Below, piece by piece: positions 13,001 through 24,751 of a stretch of DNA of 64,000 nucleotides (its first letter is position 1; each line of letters opens with the position of its first letter). The stretch comes from Dendrobates tinctorius (taxonomy: Eukaryota). The notes under the pieces are model-generated. The model was not told where the DNA came from, did not search any database, and was given only the letters and a program-made list of their open reading frames with translations. Position numbers and translations under genes: made by a program. Where the stretch lies: assembly GCF_039654945.1 (NCBI RefSeq), contig NW_027361677.1, positions 13,454,001-13,518,000 on the forward strand, read 5' to 3'.

Positions 13001-13815
13001 GAATTCCAGCCAATTTTGCATTGAAAAAGTCAAACGGCGCTCCTTCCCTACTTAGGTCTGCCATGCGCCGAAACAGTGGTTCCCCCCCCACATATCAGGT
13101 ATCAGCGTACTCAGGACAAATTGCACAATAACTTTTGCAGTCCAATTTCTCCTGTTACCCTTGGTAAAATAAAGAAAATTGAACCTGAATTATTTTTTTT
13201 GTGAAGAAAAGTTAAATGTTCATTTTTTTTAATATTCAAAAAATTCCTGTGACACACCTAAAGGGTTAATAAACTTCTTGAATGTGGTTTTAAGCATCTT
13301 AAGGGGTGCAGTTTTTAGAATGGTGTCACTTTTGGGTATTTTCTATCATATAGACCCCTCAAAGTGGCTTCAAATGTGAAGTGGTCCCTAAAAATAAAAT
13401 GGTGTTGCAAAAATGAGAAATCGCTGGTCAATTTTTAACCCTTATAACTTCCTAACAAAAAAAAATTTTGGTTCCAAAATTGTGCTAATGTAAAGTAAAC
13501 ATGTGGGAAATGTTATGTATTAAGTTTTTTGTGTGCCGTATCACTGTGATTTAAGGGCATAAAAATTCAAAGTTGGAAAATGGCGAAATTTTCAAAATTT
13601 TCACCAAATTTCTGTTTTTTTCACAAATAAACGCAAGTTATTTGAATGCAATTTTACCACTAACATGAAGTACAATATGTCACGAGAAAACAATGTCAGA
13701 ATCACCGTGATCCATGGAAGCGTTCCAGAGTTATGACCTCATAAAGGTACAGTGGTCAGAATTGTAAAAATTGGCCCGGGAGTTAACGTGCAAACCACCC
13801 TTGGTAGTGAAGGGG
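9445..13815 (-). mobile_element. Non-autonomous piggyBac-like element, copy B (4.4 kb), inverted relative to copy A
   Basis: TTAA at 9441-9444 and 13816-13819. It is the reverse complement of copy A with scattered substitutions and one extra internal tandem unit (5 versus 4). Confidence 0.85.
10923..11013 (+). repeat. Interstitial telomere-like tract (TTAGGG/CTAGGG)n inside copy B
   Basis: Nine contiguous hexamers at 10923-10976 plus degenerate units. Confidence 0.9.
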
Positions 13816-14139
13816 TTAATTGGAATTGCATAATGTTCTGTATCCTCTGTGATAACATTTTAAGAGAATTTCACATGTGCCATCTTGTAAAAAGCCGATC
13901 ACAGTTTATTGTATGGTCTTCATTCTAGACAATGAGTCTATTCGAGGAATTAGCAGTGGCATTTTCAATGTTGTGGTCGGGATGGATGCTTTAGCCCTTG
14001 CAGCAATTATTTCCTTGTGCTGTACTTAAATAAATACGTTGAGGTCAAGGTACAAGTAATGTGGAGCCTTGGGCAGCAGCGTTACATTGTATCCTCTGTC
14101 TTCCTCATCCTCTTACAGTCAATAGTTACTTGCCTCTTA

Positions 14140-14577
14140 GGTCATGTTCACATGCGCCATTTTTGCTCATTTTTTTGCAGCCCACACCTGCTCTCTTGGC
14201 AGTAAAAAAAATGCATTTAGAAACCCTGTGTTTTAGCATTTTTGGAATTTTTTTGAGTGCGTATTACGTGTCCTTCGCCTATGATACGTTTAATAAAGCT
14301 CATTTTAGTCACCAAAAATACTTGTTGCGTTTTTTCTTAACATATTTTTCACTTTCGCATTGCTTAAAAAAAGCTTTAAAAATGCTGAAAAAATTGACAA
14401 GCTGTAGACGTAAAACACGCTGCAGTTCTCAAATTTAATCAGATAAATAAAGCAAGCGCGTGCCAGAGATTTATTAAACCTCATAGCTTTTGCTGGCGCT
14501 GTGAAAACTGGCTTTTACATTGCATTAAAAAAAACACAGGAAAAATGCATCAAAAATGCTGCATGTGAACATAGCCC
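14140..14577. mobile_element. PIF/Harbinger-type MITE
   Basis: TTA|GGTCATGTTCACATGC ... GCATGTGAACATAGCCC|TAA; TWA target and TIRs. Confidence 0.75.
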
Positions 14578-15075
14578 TAACAAATAAGTTGCGCTCTTAA
14601 CAGTGCCACACATTGTCCCTGAATGTCAACTATAGTGCCCGAGGTTAATACCAGCAGCACTGTGAACCTACACAGAATTCTATATTAAAGTGTGTGGTTT
14701 TAACAGTAGTATCTTCAGGAAGCAGCAATTCTTCTGATAATCTTGCAGGGGGTCTAAGAGGTAATGTTTCTCCTTGTTGAGAAGGAAAAACCAAGTCAGA
14801 GTGAGGAGACTTATAGGCCATATATGTTCCTCTGGGAAATTAAATATGCAAATTGTCTCTTCAGAGAGGAAGAGGACTAGAATTTGCTGCTTCCAATAGG
14901 TGGCACTAATATTCTATCCCTCTTTCTCACTGAAGAGGAAATTTGCATATTTAATTTCCCAGAGGAGCATGCATGGCATTTAGGTCTCCTCACTCTGACA
15001 TGTCATACTTGGCTTGACCCTCTCCACAAGGAGAAATGTTACTCTTTAGACCTCAGTTCGGAGCCTTTCACCTAG

Positions 15076-15155
15076 CCAAATCAGATCTTATATTTTGCAT
15101 TGAGGAGGGGCAACACCCCAAAACACAGTGTCTGGAAATTAAGATTCTGGTTTGG
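15076..15155 (+). ncRNA. Type I hammerhead ribozyme motif, degenerate (C3>U, G12>A)
   Basis: TTTGCA-[T]TGAGGA-GGGG-CAACA-CCCC-[A]AAAC-ACAGT-GTC-TGGAAA. Stem I extends outward as CCAAATCAGA-TCTTA / TAAGA-T-TCTGGTTTGG. Confidence 0.75.
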
Positions 15156-15209
15156 CTTTTATCCCTAGTCCTACTGCAAGGCTCGTTAAAGAGTCAATAT
15201 TGACTTTTA

Positions 15210-15481
15210 AGAGTCAGTGATAAGCAGTCATGAAGGAGCGCTTAGGAAGCAACCCAGGGGTGGACAGGATGTCAGGTCTCCATCGCAGCTCCAGTCGAGA
15301 ACCTCCGATGGAGGATGGGAGCAATGAGAAAATGGAAAACAGTCTTAGGAGCGCAGGAAAGAGATTAAGACAAGAGATAGGGTTAAGCCACAATGTGTTT
15401 CGACGGAGGAACGCATTGTGGTTTAACCCCATCTCTCGTCTGAGTCTCTTTCCTGCCCTCCTAAGACAGTTTTCCATTTTC
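15210..15481. mobile_element. Fold-back insertion with 16-bp target-site duplication, probably Penelope-like (PLE)-derived
   Basis: TCAATATTGACTTTTA at 15194-15209 and 15482-15497. Internal palindrome ~15325-15484 centred on ACAATGTGTTTCGAC..GGAACGCATTGTG, a remnant of GAAACGCGTT. Confidence 0.65.
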
Positions 15482-17289
15482 TCAATATTGACTTTTAGGA
15501 TTGCTGCTTCCAAAAAGTGGAGCTAGAGTTCTACTCCTCTTCCTCTATGACGAGGCTATTTGCATACAGGAATCTTGCAAGAAACATGTGTTCGTATCCT
15601 GTTAAATTCCAACTTTAGCTTGGGGCAGATTAAAGCTTTCTCCTCCTTAACCAATGGAGTAAGGTTTAGTTATTTATGTCCTTTTACAAATAAAGCAGAG
15701 GGGAGAGGCTCCTGGTGCAGCCAATTGTATAACAGTCAAGCAAAGACAGTGAGGAGGAGGAGGAGTAGGAGGAGAAGGAGGAGGGGTCATAACTGATTGG
15801 CTAAGACACAGAGAAGATTATTTTATATATGTTTGACAGCTCCAGTTGTAACACACACAATAGGATTAAAGAAAAGGAGAATAGAAGTAGTAGTGCTGGA
15901 ATACATTTTAATATATTTTTTATGTTTTGCGTTCCTTTAAGATATGATGAAATGGTAGTAGAAACTGTTTTATAAACTGCATATAACTTATTTTATAGTA
16001 GAAGACTTTTATAACTTTTTTCATAGTTAGATTCTACTTCATATTTGGAACATCCTTTAGATGCTTGCACATTATAGAATTCTAGAACATCATTTGTAAT
16101 TCCATCGAATGAAAAGGACACTCTATAATCCCAAACAGAGATGAGTAGCATAAGCCCCGGGGCCATACATGAAAGTCAGTGAGGCACTGACTCTTGACAT
16201 TTTTAATCAATTGTAATAGTAAATTGGAAATGATACTCTTTAGAGAGATGTAAGGTTTTCCTGCCAGCTTCTCAGTCACTGGCATAGAATAAAATTTTAT
16301 TTAGCGATACACAAAGGCACATTTAGTTGACGGGTTACTTTTGCAAAAACTAAAACAATTGTGACAAAATAAATAACAAAATAATACATTTGGTAGACTT
16401 CAATTTTTGGAGAGTTTACCCAACCCTTAGAATAGAGATGTTGATGTCTTGATGTCATTGATAAGAACTTATGAAACATCAAGACATTTTTGACTGCTTT
16501 TAGAAAAAAACAAGGCAACTGTAGAGAAAAAGTTCATTTTGGTGATAAGTTTTATTCTTCTTCAGGAGCACGTCTACTTTCTGCTTTGTCGGGGGGGCAG
16601 TGCATCCTGAAGATTGACAGCTCCGATCTGCAGCATGGTTGTGCTTATAGTCCAGACCATCTGATGCTGCTAGCATAGACCGCGTTGGAGAAGTTTCAAG
16701 GGTTCAAGGGGAGTAAAACTTTGGAAACTTCAGAGTTGCGTGAGACATGATGAGACTACAGGTTGGCTGGTAACCTTGGCCGTATACTGTAAAATAAAAA
16801 GTCTTGAGAACGAAAGGATAAGGAGTAAATTTCAAAGTTTCTTGTGTTTTCAAATTGCTTGCAATTTTGCCCGTTTATGAACTTGAGAAAACCCCTTTAA
16901 CTCTAAATTGAAGCAACATCATAAAATGTCCATATAATAGAAAACTATTGATGTGATTCCATTTTTGCAGAAAATGCAACTACATTGGAAGTCATCTATA
17001 TATTAGGGTTTTTATAAACTGATAGGAATTTTTTCACTTTTTTATAGGTTAAACATGGCGGAATGACCACTGTAACAATAAGTGACAGACTAAAAAGTAA
17101 GAAAAATCCATATGTTAACTACATGGACAAAAGTATTGTCACTAAGGATGAGCGAACTGGACCTGTGGAAGTTCGGGAAGTCTGGATTCTGTTACGAGAC
17201 CCAAAATTTATTCCAAAGTACGCTTTTGGTACCATAACTGTAACCGAACTTCAACTAGAACCCGAACCCGTTTCAATGGGGACCTCTCC

Positions 17290-18160
17290 TGCAATAGGAA
17301 CTCCTGCCATTAACAAATCCATTCAGGACATTTCTTCCATTCAAAATCTCCCCATCACCTGTGAGTGATATTATTGAGAAGTGGAAAGAAATGCAGAAAC
17401 TCCACCACGAAGTGGAGACCTCGTAATGTTACAGAGCAAAGGGCTGAGTGGTGAGAATGAGAGCGCAGAAAAGTCACCAATGCTCTGCTGACTCTAAACT
17501 GTAGACTCCATACCACCTCTGGTATAATATCAGCACAAACACTGTCTCTGTCAGGAGTTTCATAGCCGAGCAGCTGCATTCAGCCGTACATCACCAAGCA
17601 CAATGCTGAGTGTTGGATGGAGTGGTGTATACTGCCACCACTGGACTCTGGAGCAGTTCAAATGTGTTTTATGGAGTGATCGATCCCATGTCTCTATCTG
17701 GCATCTGTTGAACGAGTCTAGTTTGAATATCAAGAGAACGTTACCGGTCCTAATTGAATTCATTTCTGACATCTCTAAGGTTTGGTGGAAGGACGAAGAG
17801 GCATAATCATGTCAAACTGCTTTTAAGGTGTTGGCCCCTTAGTTTCAGTAAAGGAAAATCTTAAGACTTCAGTATACAGGACATTCTGGACAGGTATAGC
17901 TTCCAGCTTTGTGGGAACAGTTTGCGAAAGGACCTTTTCTATTCCAAGGGCACAAGGCAAAGCCCATGAAGACATAGTTGGGGGGAGTTGGTATGGAACA
18001 ACATGGTTGGCCGTACAGAGTACTGACCTCAACCCAATCCAACACCATTGGAATGAAGTAGAATTGAGATTGTGAGCCTGATCCTTTCCTCCAAGTTCAG
18101 GATCTGACCTCACAAATGCTCTTCTGGATGAATCCATACAAATTCCCACAGACCCCTTCA
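17290..18160 (+). mobile_element. Highly decayed Tc1/mariner transposase remnant
   Basis: Fragments read HWTLEQFKCVLWSD (~17640-17680) and DLNPIQHHWNE (~18025-18057); many frameshifts. Boundaries are approximate. Confidence 0.7.
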
Positions 18161-20472
18161 AAATACATTTTACTTAGGAGGTCTTTCATATTTGATAATA
18201 TTCTAGCTTCAATTTCTTCATTTCTTCATTTTTAATAAAAAACACACCATATAAAGGTAGAATTCTTTCTTGAACACAAGCTTGGGTGATGTGTATCAAG
18301 GTTTAAAGAAAATGGGAACTTGAAGTACAACAATACAAATCCCCACTGGGATTCTCATAAGAGAGTAAGTTAATGTGCTTTAATCCACCAAATTTTCAGG
18401 ATATTGCAGACTAGAGACAATGAGCTGTAAAATGCCAGAACTAATGAATATGCAAATATCAGGCTTACATGGAACACATTGCAGAATAAAGATATTAACT
18501 GTCTTACATAGTTCTTATTGAGCAAGTCTACACCTGTCATGTAATGAGATTGTATGATGCCGAGTTTGACATACTGTTATTTTGTTTAAAGGGATAAAAG
18601 TAAGTACCTTCCAGGAATTAGGAGAAAAAAAATCTTAATAAATATGCAAGTGATATTAATGAAGAATCCCACCCAAAACTTCAGCTTTTGTTTCATCCAA
18701 AGTTTTTTATTTATGATGTAAATTCTATTTTTTTTGCATATTTACAATGTTTCCCTACTCAATCAAGTTCCCTTAACTTCAAACAACAGTATATTGTTGA
18801 ATTTGATGCTGAATTTCTATTCGAAAAGAGCTAATTTGCATTACTTTATTATCCGGGATTAGAAATGAGCTTATACATTAGAGTGGCATTGAATTCTATT
18901 TTAATTTCTCAAAAATCTGCATTCTCCAAAATGCTGGTTTTTAGTAATTTAAAAAATATCTTCTCATGAATCAAATTTCATGGGAAAACTTATGCAAACA
19001 AGCGAATTTGAGTTTTGGCTGATCCGCTAATTTCTACCGGGGAACTATTGCCTGGCCTAAAGGACTCTCAAAGGCCTCCATATGAAGAAAACATGCTCTA
19101 TTGACCTTATTGAAATGGCCTCTTGCCCAACCAACTAGTACCGTCCTATGAAAAAGGTGAGTGTGACGGTATCTTCTTTGCTGTGAGTGATGGGTCAGCC
19201 ACCTTATGGGATCTGAAGTGTGCTGGACTGTCAGTTTTGTAAGTGACAGTCCAGTCATTCAATCTGTTGCTGGGGTGTGTTGGGCTGCTAGCATTTTAAT
19301 TGACAGCCCTGGTTCTCATTCTGGCCAGTATAGCGGGTGTTTACCCAGGTGTCTCCCATTTTTAGTGATTTGCTAACTATTTAACTGGCTGGCAGTGAGC
19401 AGTTCAGTGTCAGCTGTAGCTGAGCATTGTTTGCTGTGTTTAACTCTGTCTAATTGTGCCTTTCTCTGGTCTTGTTGCCAGACATAGAGTTTGTCGTGAC
19501 CATTCATGTGGATTATCCCTTCTGCTCTTAACAATCTCTGACAGCAGGTACCTGACCCCAGACTTGGCCTCTGACTCTCCATTTTCTTACTCCCTTGTCT
19601 TGATATTTCATACTGATATTTGACCCAGGACTGTAAGCTGACCATGCCTTTGCCTTGCCTCTCTGTAGAACGAGCTCAACTACTATCTCACGTTGAACCT
19701 CTTGACTACATTGGACCACACCTTGGCCATGAGAAGTGATTCAGCATCACAGTGCGATAAAGAACACCGAAACAGCTGTTTCTATAATTTGGAAGTCTCT
19801 TGTTTGATTTGAATTCTTAGTAGAGATGAGCAAATTCATATCAAATTCTTTTTACACAATATTTAATCAGCCACAGAAGGCTCACATAACCTTGTGTGCA
19901 GCTGAAAGCTTGAAGGGGCTGAATACAGTTTTGGAAGACATCAGAGTGTTAAATGAATTCCAATTTCAGGGCAAATAGAGTACTTGTAATTTGCCGCAAA
20001 TGTAATTTTTTTGAAAAAATTTGCAGAAGCTGGCGAATATCAATGTCAAAATATTCGCTCTTATCGAATCCTTAGTCATATGGCCCATGAAAGAGTTGAG
20101 CAATGGCTTACAAGTTTGTTACTTCCAATATTTGTCAATGGCAAGACAGCACGCTTTATAATTTGCTTGAACTCATCCATTCTTGTAACATGAGTGCATT
20201 GATGACAATTTTTAGGAACATGTAAAAATGAAACAATTTTGGGTTTGAAGGAACCCTACAATATTTTATACAGAACTGGTCTACCATGTTATCAAATTTG
20301 ATATTTTAATAGCCTGGACACTGATGCAATAATGGGCCTCTAAAACAATAGGATTCCTAAAAGGTCCTCAAAACCAATTAGAACTAGGGTCTATTTCTTG
20401 TAGGATAATGGACAATCAGCGCTTGAGTATGTGCGCACAGTCTTCTTGAAAAAACTCTTCAAATTCTTCTTA

Positions 20473-20882
20473 GGGTACGTTTCCACGTACCGTAATCACT
20501 GCGTTTTGGATGGAGCAGAAATCCCGCTCCACCCAAAGCCCCGCCCACTTCTGTATGCGCTGTGATTCCAGATGTGCTCATTGAACACATCCGGAATCAC
20601 TGCAGCGTATCCATAGTGTAGGCTGTTTACCTTGCGGAGACTGAGCGTCTCTGCAAGGTAAATAGGCATGCTGCGGTCTAAACAGACGCACCGCATGTCC
20701 GGTTTAGCCGGTGTGTCACCTGCATATTCAGAAGCACAGTGGAGACGGGATTTTATAAAATCCCCTCCACCATGCTGGAACATCTGGCCGCTGCGGATTA
20801 AATGCTGCGGCAGGACGCAGTGTTCATTCCGCAGCAAATCCGCAGCAAATACTGAATGTTTCCGCTACGTGAAAATATGCCC
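20473..20882. mobile_element. PIF/Harbinger-type MITE
   Basis: TTA|GGGTACGTTTCCACGT ... ACGTGAAAATATGCCC|TTA, perfect TTA TSD. Confidence 0.85.
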
Positions 20883-21214
20883 TTAGAAATGCAAACCTCC
20901 TCACAAACTTGGAGGCTGTGCTTCACTGCCTCTAAAAACGCTCAATAAGCAGACTCCATGTGTCTTTTGTGGAGTTTCAAATTGTTGATGAGTATTTTGG
21001 AGAGATTTCACTCAATTTCCAATACAAACTCTTCTAAACAAAACTCAGTTTTCGCAACTTAAAAAACTTTCTTGGCTTGATAGATGTGTTCCCTTTTACC
21101 TTTCCACAAATGTAATATATATTTTAAAGTTCACGTGATAGCAATTAGTTACATTTTTGTCATTTTTTACTTCTACTCCTGCACTGATTAGAAGCATTTC
21201 ACTTTCATATTACA

Positions 21215-22093
21215 ATGGTGCAGGGGTTAATCTGCTCAGCTGAGATCTCCTGGAAGCTTTCCTAAATTAAGGCTCTCAGCTGTGCACTGTTAGCCACTTC
21301 CATCTCCTATATAATCTGGGACCTGGCTAGAACTCATTAGAGATACATTATGCTGTATGGTTAGGAAATGGTTTGTGGTTGTTGTTGGAGAAGGAGTTCG
21401 GTGGATTTATCTGAGACTGTTGCTCGGTTTTAGTTGTGTGCTAATTCCCTTCATTCTCCTACTTTGGTTTTACCCCATTCTCCACTCCCCAAAATATATA
21501 AAAATGGAATGGGGAATGGTGGGGAATGGAAGAAGTCAGCTCACCATTTGCAGTCTCTTTCCAAGAATGAATTCCACGAATGGAGCTACCTGGGCTTGGG
21601 CATGCAAGTTCCAAAGAATGAAGAAAAAAAGGTACTCCAGTGTAGAAAAATGTAAAGTTTCATTTTATATTGGTATCTCTCTGGGATATATTTGTGGTCC
21701 ACATTGTGTCTGTTTTTATGAATTTTTTCCATTAAAGTCAAAGTTTTATATTTTTCTATGCTAGAGTACCTTTTTTCTTCATTCTCCACTCCCCAGTGCA
21801 TTCATCTGTTATATGTGTCAGGATATTTGTATGACTGGTATTTTCCTTTATCCCTGTTTGTATTACCTTGTTTGTCTGGTTGGTGTATGACCGTACACTA
21901 CTAGTCCCCTCTTCCCTGGGTTTGGGAAGGGTACAGGCAGAGGATAGACTCAGGAGCTATGGCAAGGTACGTGGCCCTTGCATCTTCACAATCAGAAGTA
22001 ATCCGGTGAACAGGGGCGATCTAAGGCGTACCTAGCGTTAGAGACAGGGAAGGAGCCTCTGGTCCCGGGATACCCGACAACAGAGTTGTGACA
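21215..22093. mobile_element. Probable degenerate solo LTR containing a ~300-bp insertion
   Basis: Ends in ...GTTGTGACA; has a TATA-like CTATATAA and a GC-richer body. Left boundary and TSD were not found. Confidence 0.4.
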
Positions 22094-23086
22094 CTTAATA
22101 GTATATCACAAAAAACAAATAAGCATAGATAACTCCTGACTGAGTATTAAAAAAATCACTTCACATGATAAGTCAAAGAAGGTAAGAGAGGTCCCACCTG
22201 CCAGCCATAAACCAGAATGGTGCCATTTCTGAAACCTATTGAGGCAGGCAGTCACACATGGTTTCCAAAGTGTTTAACAAATAAGAAAAAATAAAAAATC
22301 AGGATTCTTTTTTATCTAAAATCTGCTGATGAGAAAGAAATTAACTAATAATGATAAAATTATTGATACTTTAGTCACATTAACTAAAAGTACTTCTGTA
22401 AAATATTTTATTAAAAAAAATGAGACGTTGCTTTATTGGAGTCCATTTACCGTAATTACACCTGACAACGCACCAAACCAAATAGCTTGGGTTAGCTCTA
22501 GCTACATCTGTAAAAGTCATCGAGCTGTTGCACTATATTTCATTATACACATATTTTAATTAAATTTGCTTCAGGCCATTTAAAACCTGTATTCAACTAA
22601 AACGAGGCAGCAAGCGAGTCCTGTCCCTCAGTACTGCCTTGTGGATCTTCAGCGACAGCCCACCCGTAGCATTTTCTTCACTATCAGTCTGTTAGGACCC
22701 TTGAGGCATACTAGGAGATCACTTCAGAGTTAATTTATTCAACTACTACCCAAGCTGGCAAAGATCAATTATTTAATCTATGACGGCCAACCTCATAGAA
22801 GCCTCAGTGTCTGACAGAGAGCTCCGGAGAGTACGGTAACTGAATGATACTGAACTTTAGGAAATAATACAGAGGCTGAAGGCTTTGTTGGCAGGTTTCT
22901 CTTTGCTCAAATTTGTTTCTTTGATATACAAAATGCTCACTACTAATATTTATAAAAGTAGTTAATTATTCTTCTAAAAGGGTATGAGCCTAATAAATGT
23001 AATATATTCTTAATGGTTTACTCCGCCCCCCAAAAAAACAAGGATTATAGAACCCAGTTTTAAAGGTTCTTGATACTTGACTTCAC

Positions 23087-23453
23087 TTGGGTCTTGGGTT
23101 GGATCACGAGCGATTAGCAAGTTATTCCAGAACAATTTTAATAAACCACGAGCGTGAACCTGAGGAAGGCACAAATCCTGCAGCGAAACGCGGTATTTAT
23201 TTATTTAACATTTTTCAAATAAATTTCCCACTTTTTCTTTATATGCTTAATTGTCCGTCCTTGGGCTACTCGCCTACGACTTTTCCCAGTTGATCACCCG
23301 CCTCCAGTCTGGTTGGCTTCAGAGTGTTTATTTTCCCAGCCTTGTGCCTAAATAGTAGCACAACCTTAAAAGATTAGTGTTATACTATTTATCTGTCTTT
23401 AAGATTGCAAAGTTATTGCACCAGTGAGCATCTCGCTCTTTCTCTTTCATTTT
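23087..23453 (+). mobile_element. Short PLE-like insertion with a degenerate hammerhead-like motif
   Basis: CTGAGGA-AGGCACAAATCCTGCAGC-GAAAC-GCG-GTA at 23160-23195. Imperfect flanking direct repeat TGATACTTGACTTCAC / GGATATTTGACTTAAC. Confidence 0.5.
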
Positions 23454-24751
23454 GGATATTTGACTTAACCCAGAAGAATTGGGGATAACTTTCTAAACAA
23501 TAAAATCATTAGACGATAAGTTGCTAATCACTCAGGATCGGTGCTGGCACCACTAGCAATGCCAAAATCTGGAACCCCAAAATTTCCTAAATGTAGCAGA
23601 TGTGCACATGCTTGATCTCTTCTCCAGTCTTTGTCTATGTGACTTTCTGAGAAAAGCAATCACCGTACTCGGCTATTTTTTGCACTCATAGACAATGAAT
23701 GGAGCTACAAATTCCCATACTTAGGTTTTCTGATCTTAGGATTGCTGGGGTTCCCAGCAGTTTGACCCCCCCCCCAGCAATTAGCAAGGTATCCTGTATC
23801 CAAAAGATAAGGGATTACTTTTTTGGGTGGAAGGACCCTTTTAGCAATCTATACATAAACGAGTTTTAAAAACTAATTCTATGACCCACTTACATATTTC
23901 AGTTCCATCTGCTGCCCTGGCCTCGTATTTGGAAACCCATTGTTAAGACTTGCTTTTTACATTTTTTTTTTTTTAAACTCATCTGATCATTTTATTTTTT
24001 TCTTATCTTTTCTTATGTACAGCACTATGGAACCAATGGTGCTCCTAAAAATAAACAAATAATAATAATGTCTGATGAAGCTAATGTACTTACTTTGAAA
24101 ATACACACCAAAAAGTCTACATAATTCTTAAAGTAGCAATTTTATGAGTCCGCCTACAGCTTTGAAAATTAGGCAGAGAAACCTTCACAAAGGATTATAC
24201 AGCCATTGTTATATGGATTGCCAAAGTAAGTACACCAGCCTCATTAAGTCAAAGAGATCTACTTTATAATGTAAACAGTTTTTTGTATTGCGACTTCTTT
24301 TGATAGTCTCTTTAAAGGGGTTGTCCATTGAAAGCAAGCTATGCAAAACCTCTGCACGGGATCACTGGATGATCGGTGGAGGTCCGATCACAGGGACCTC
24401 CACCAATCGACCAAACAGAGAATTTTTTATTCCTGACTACATGCTTTTAGCTATATTATAAAATGAATTAGCAAGTAGGAAGCTATACTGCTGCTCGATT
24501 CATTCTCTATGGGGTTGCTGGGGAAAAAAAACATCATATTGCTTGATAGTCGAAAATGGAATGAATTGCATGGCGGTCAAGTGTTCGCGCTGCCGCTCCT
24601 TTCTAATGGAGATAAAATTGCTCCATTTTGCTGATTGCTCCGGTTCCCATTAGCCAGACCCGTACTCATAAATAATTTTCCATGGATAGGTAATAATTCA
24701 TATGAGATAAGTACTGACTTGACTTATAAAATGCCTATTTTTATATGAGAT

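Larger units (their letters stand above)
14748..15546 (+). mobile_element. Hammerhead-containing ~329-bp monomer repeat (satellite-2/retrozyme-like), copy 1: inverted partial unit plus 1.1 forward units, interrupted by a 272-bp insertion
   Basis: TTGCTGCTTCCAA recurs at 14884 and 15501 (617 bp minus the 288-bp insertion+TSD = 329). 14748-14880 is the reverse complement of ~14910-15055. Octamer ATTTGCAT at 14941. Hammerhead-like motif at 15094-15138. Homologous to 24752-26093. Confidence 0.75.

Noticed and set aside
6044-13091. Recurrent short ORFs in the piggyBac-like elements
   Set aside because: They derive from the internal ~370-bp tandem units and show no transposase or other domain motifs.
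5430-13815. Assembly fold-back artefact, telomere fusion site, or single giant-TIR element
   Set aside because: Arms differ by substitutions and one repeat unit, and each half has its own TTAA pair. The telomeric tracts are internal to the element and face outward rather than TTAGGG-CCCTAA head-to-head.
19745-19785. CCGAAACAGCTGTT resembling a hammerhead 3' half
   Set aside because: No upstream CUGANGA and no stems.
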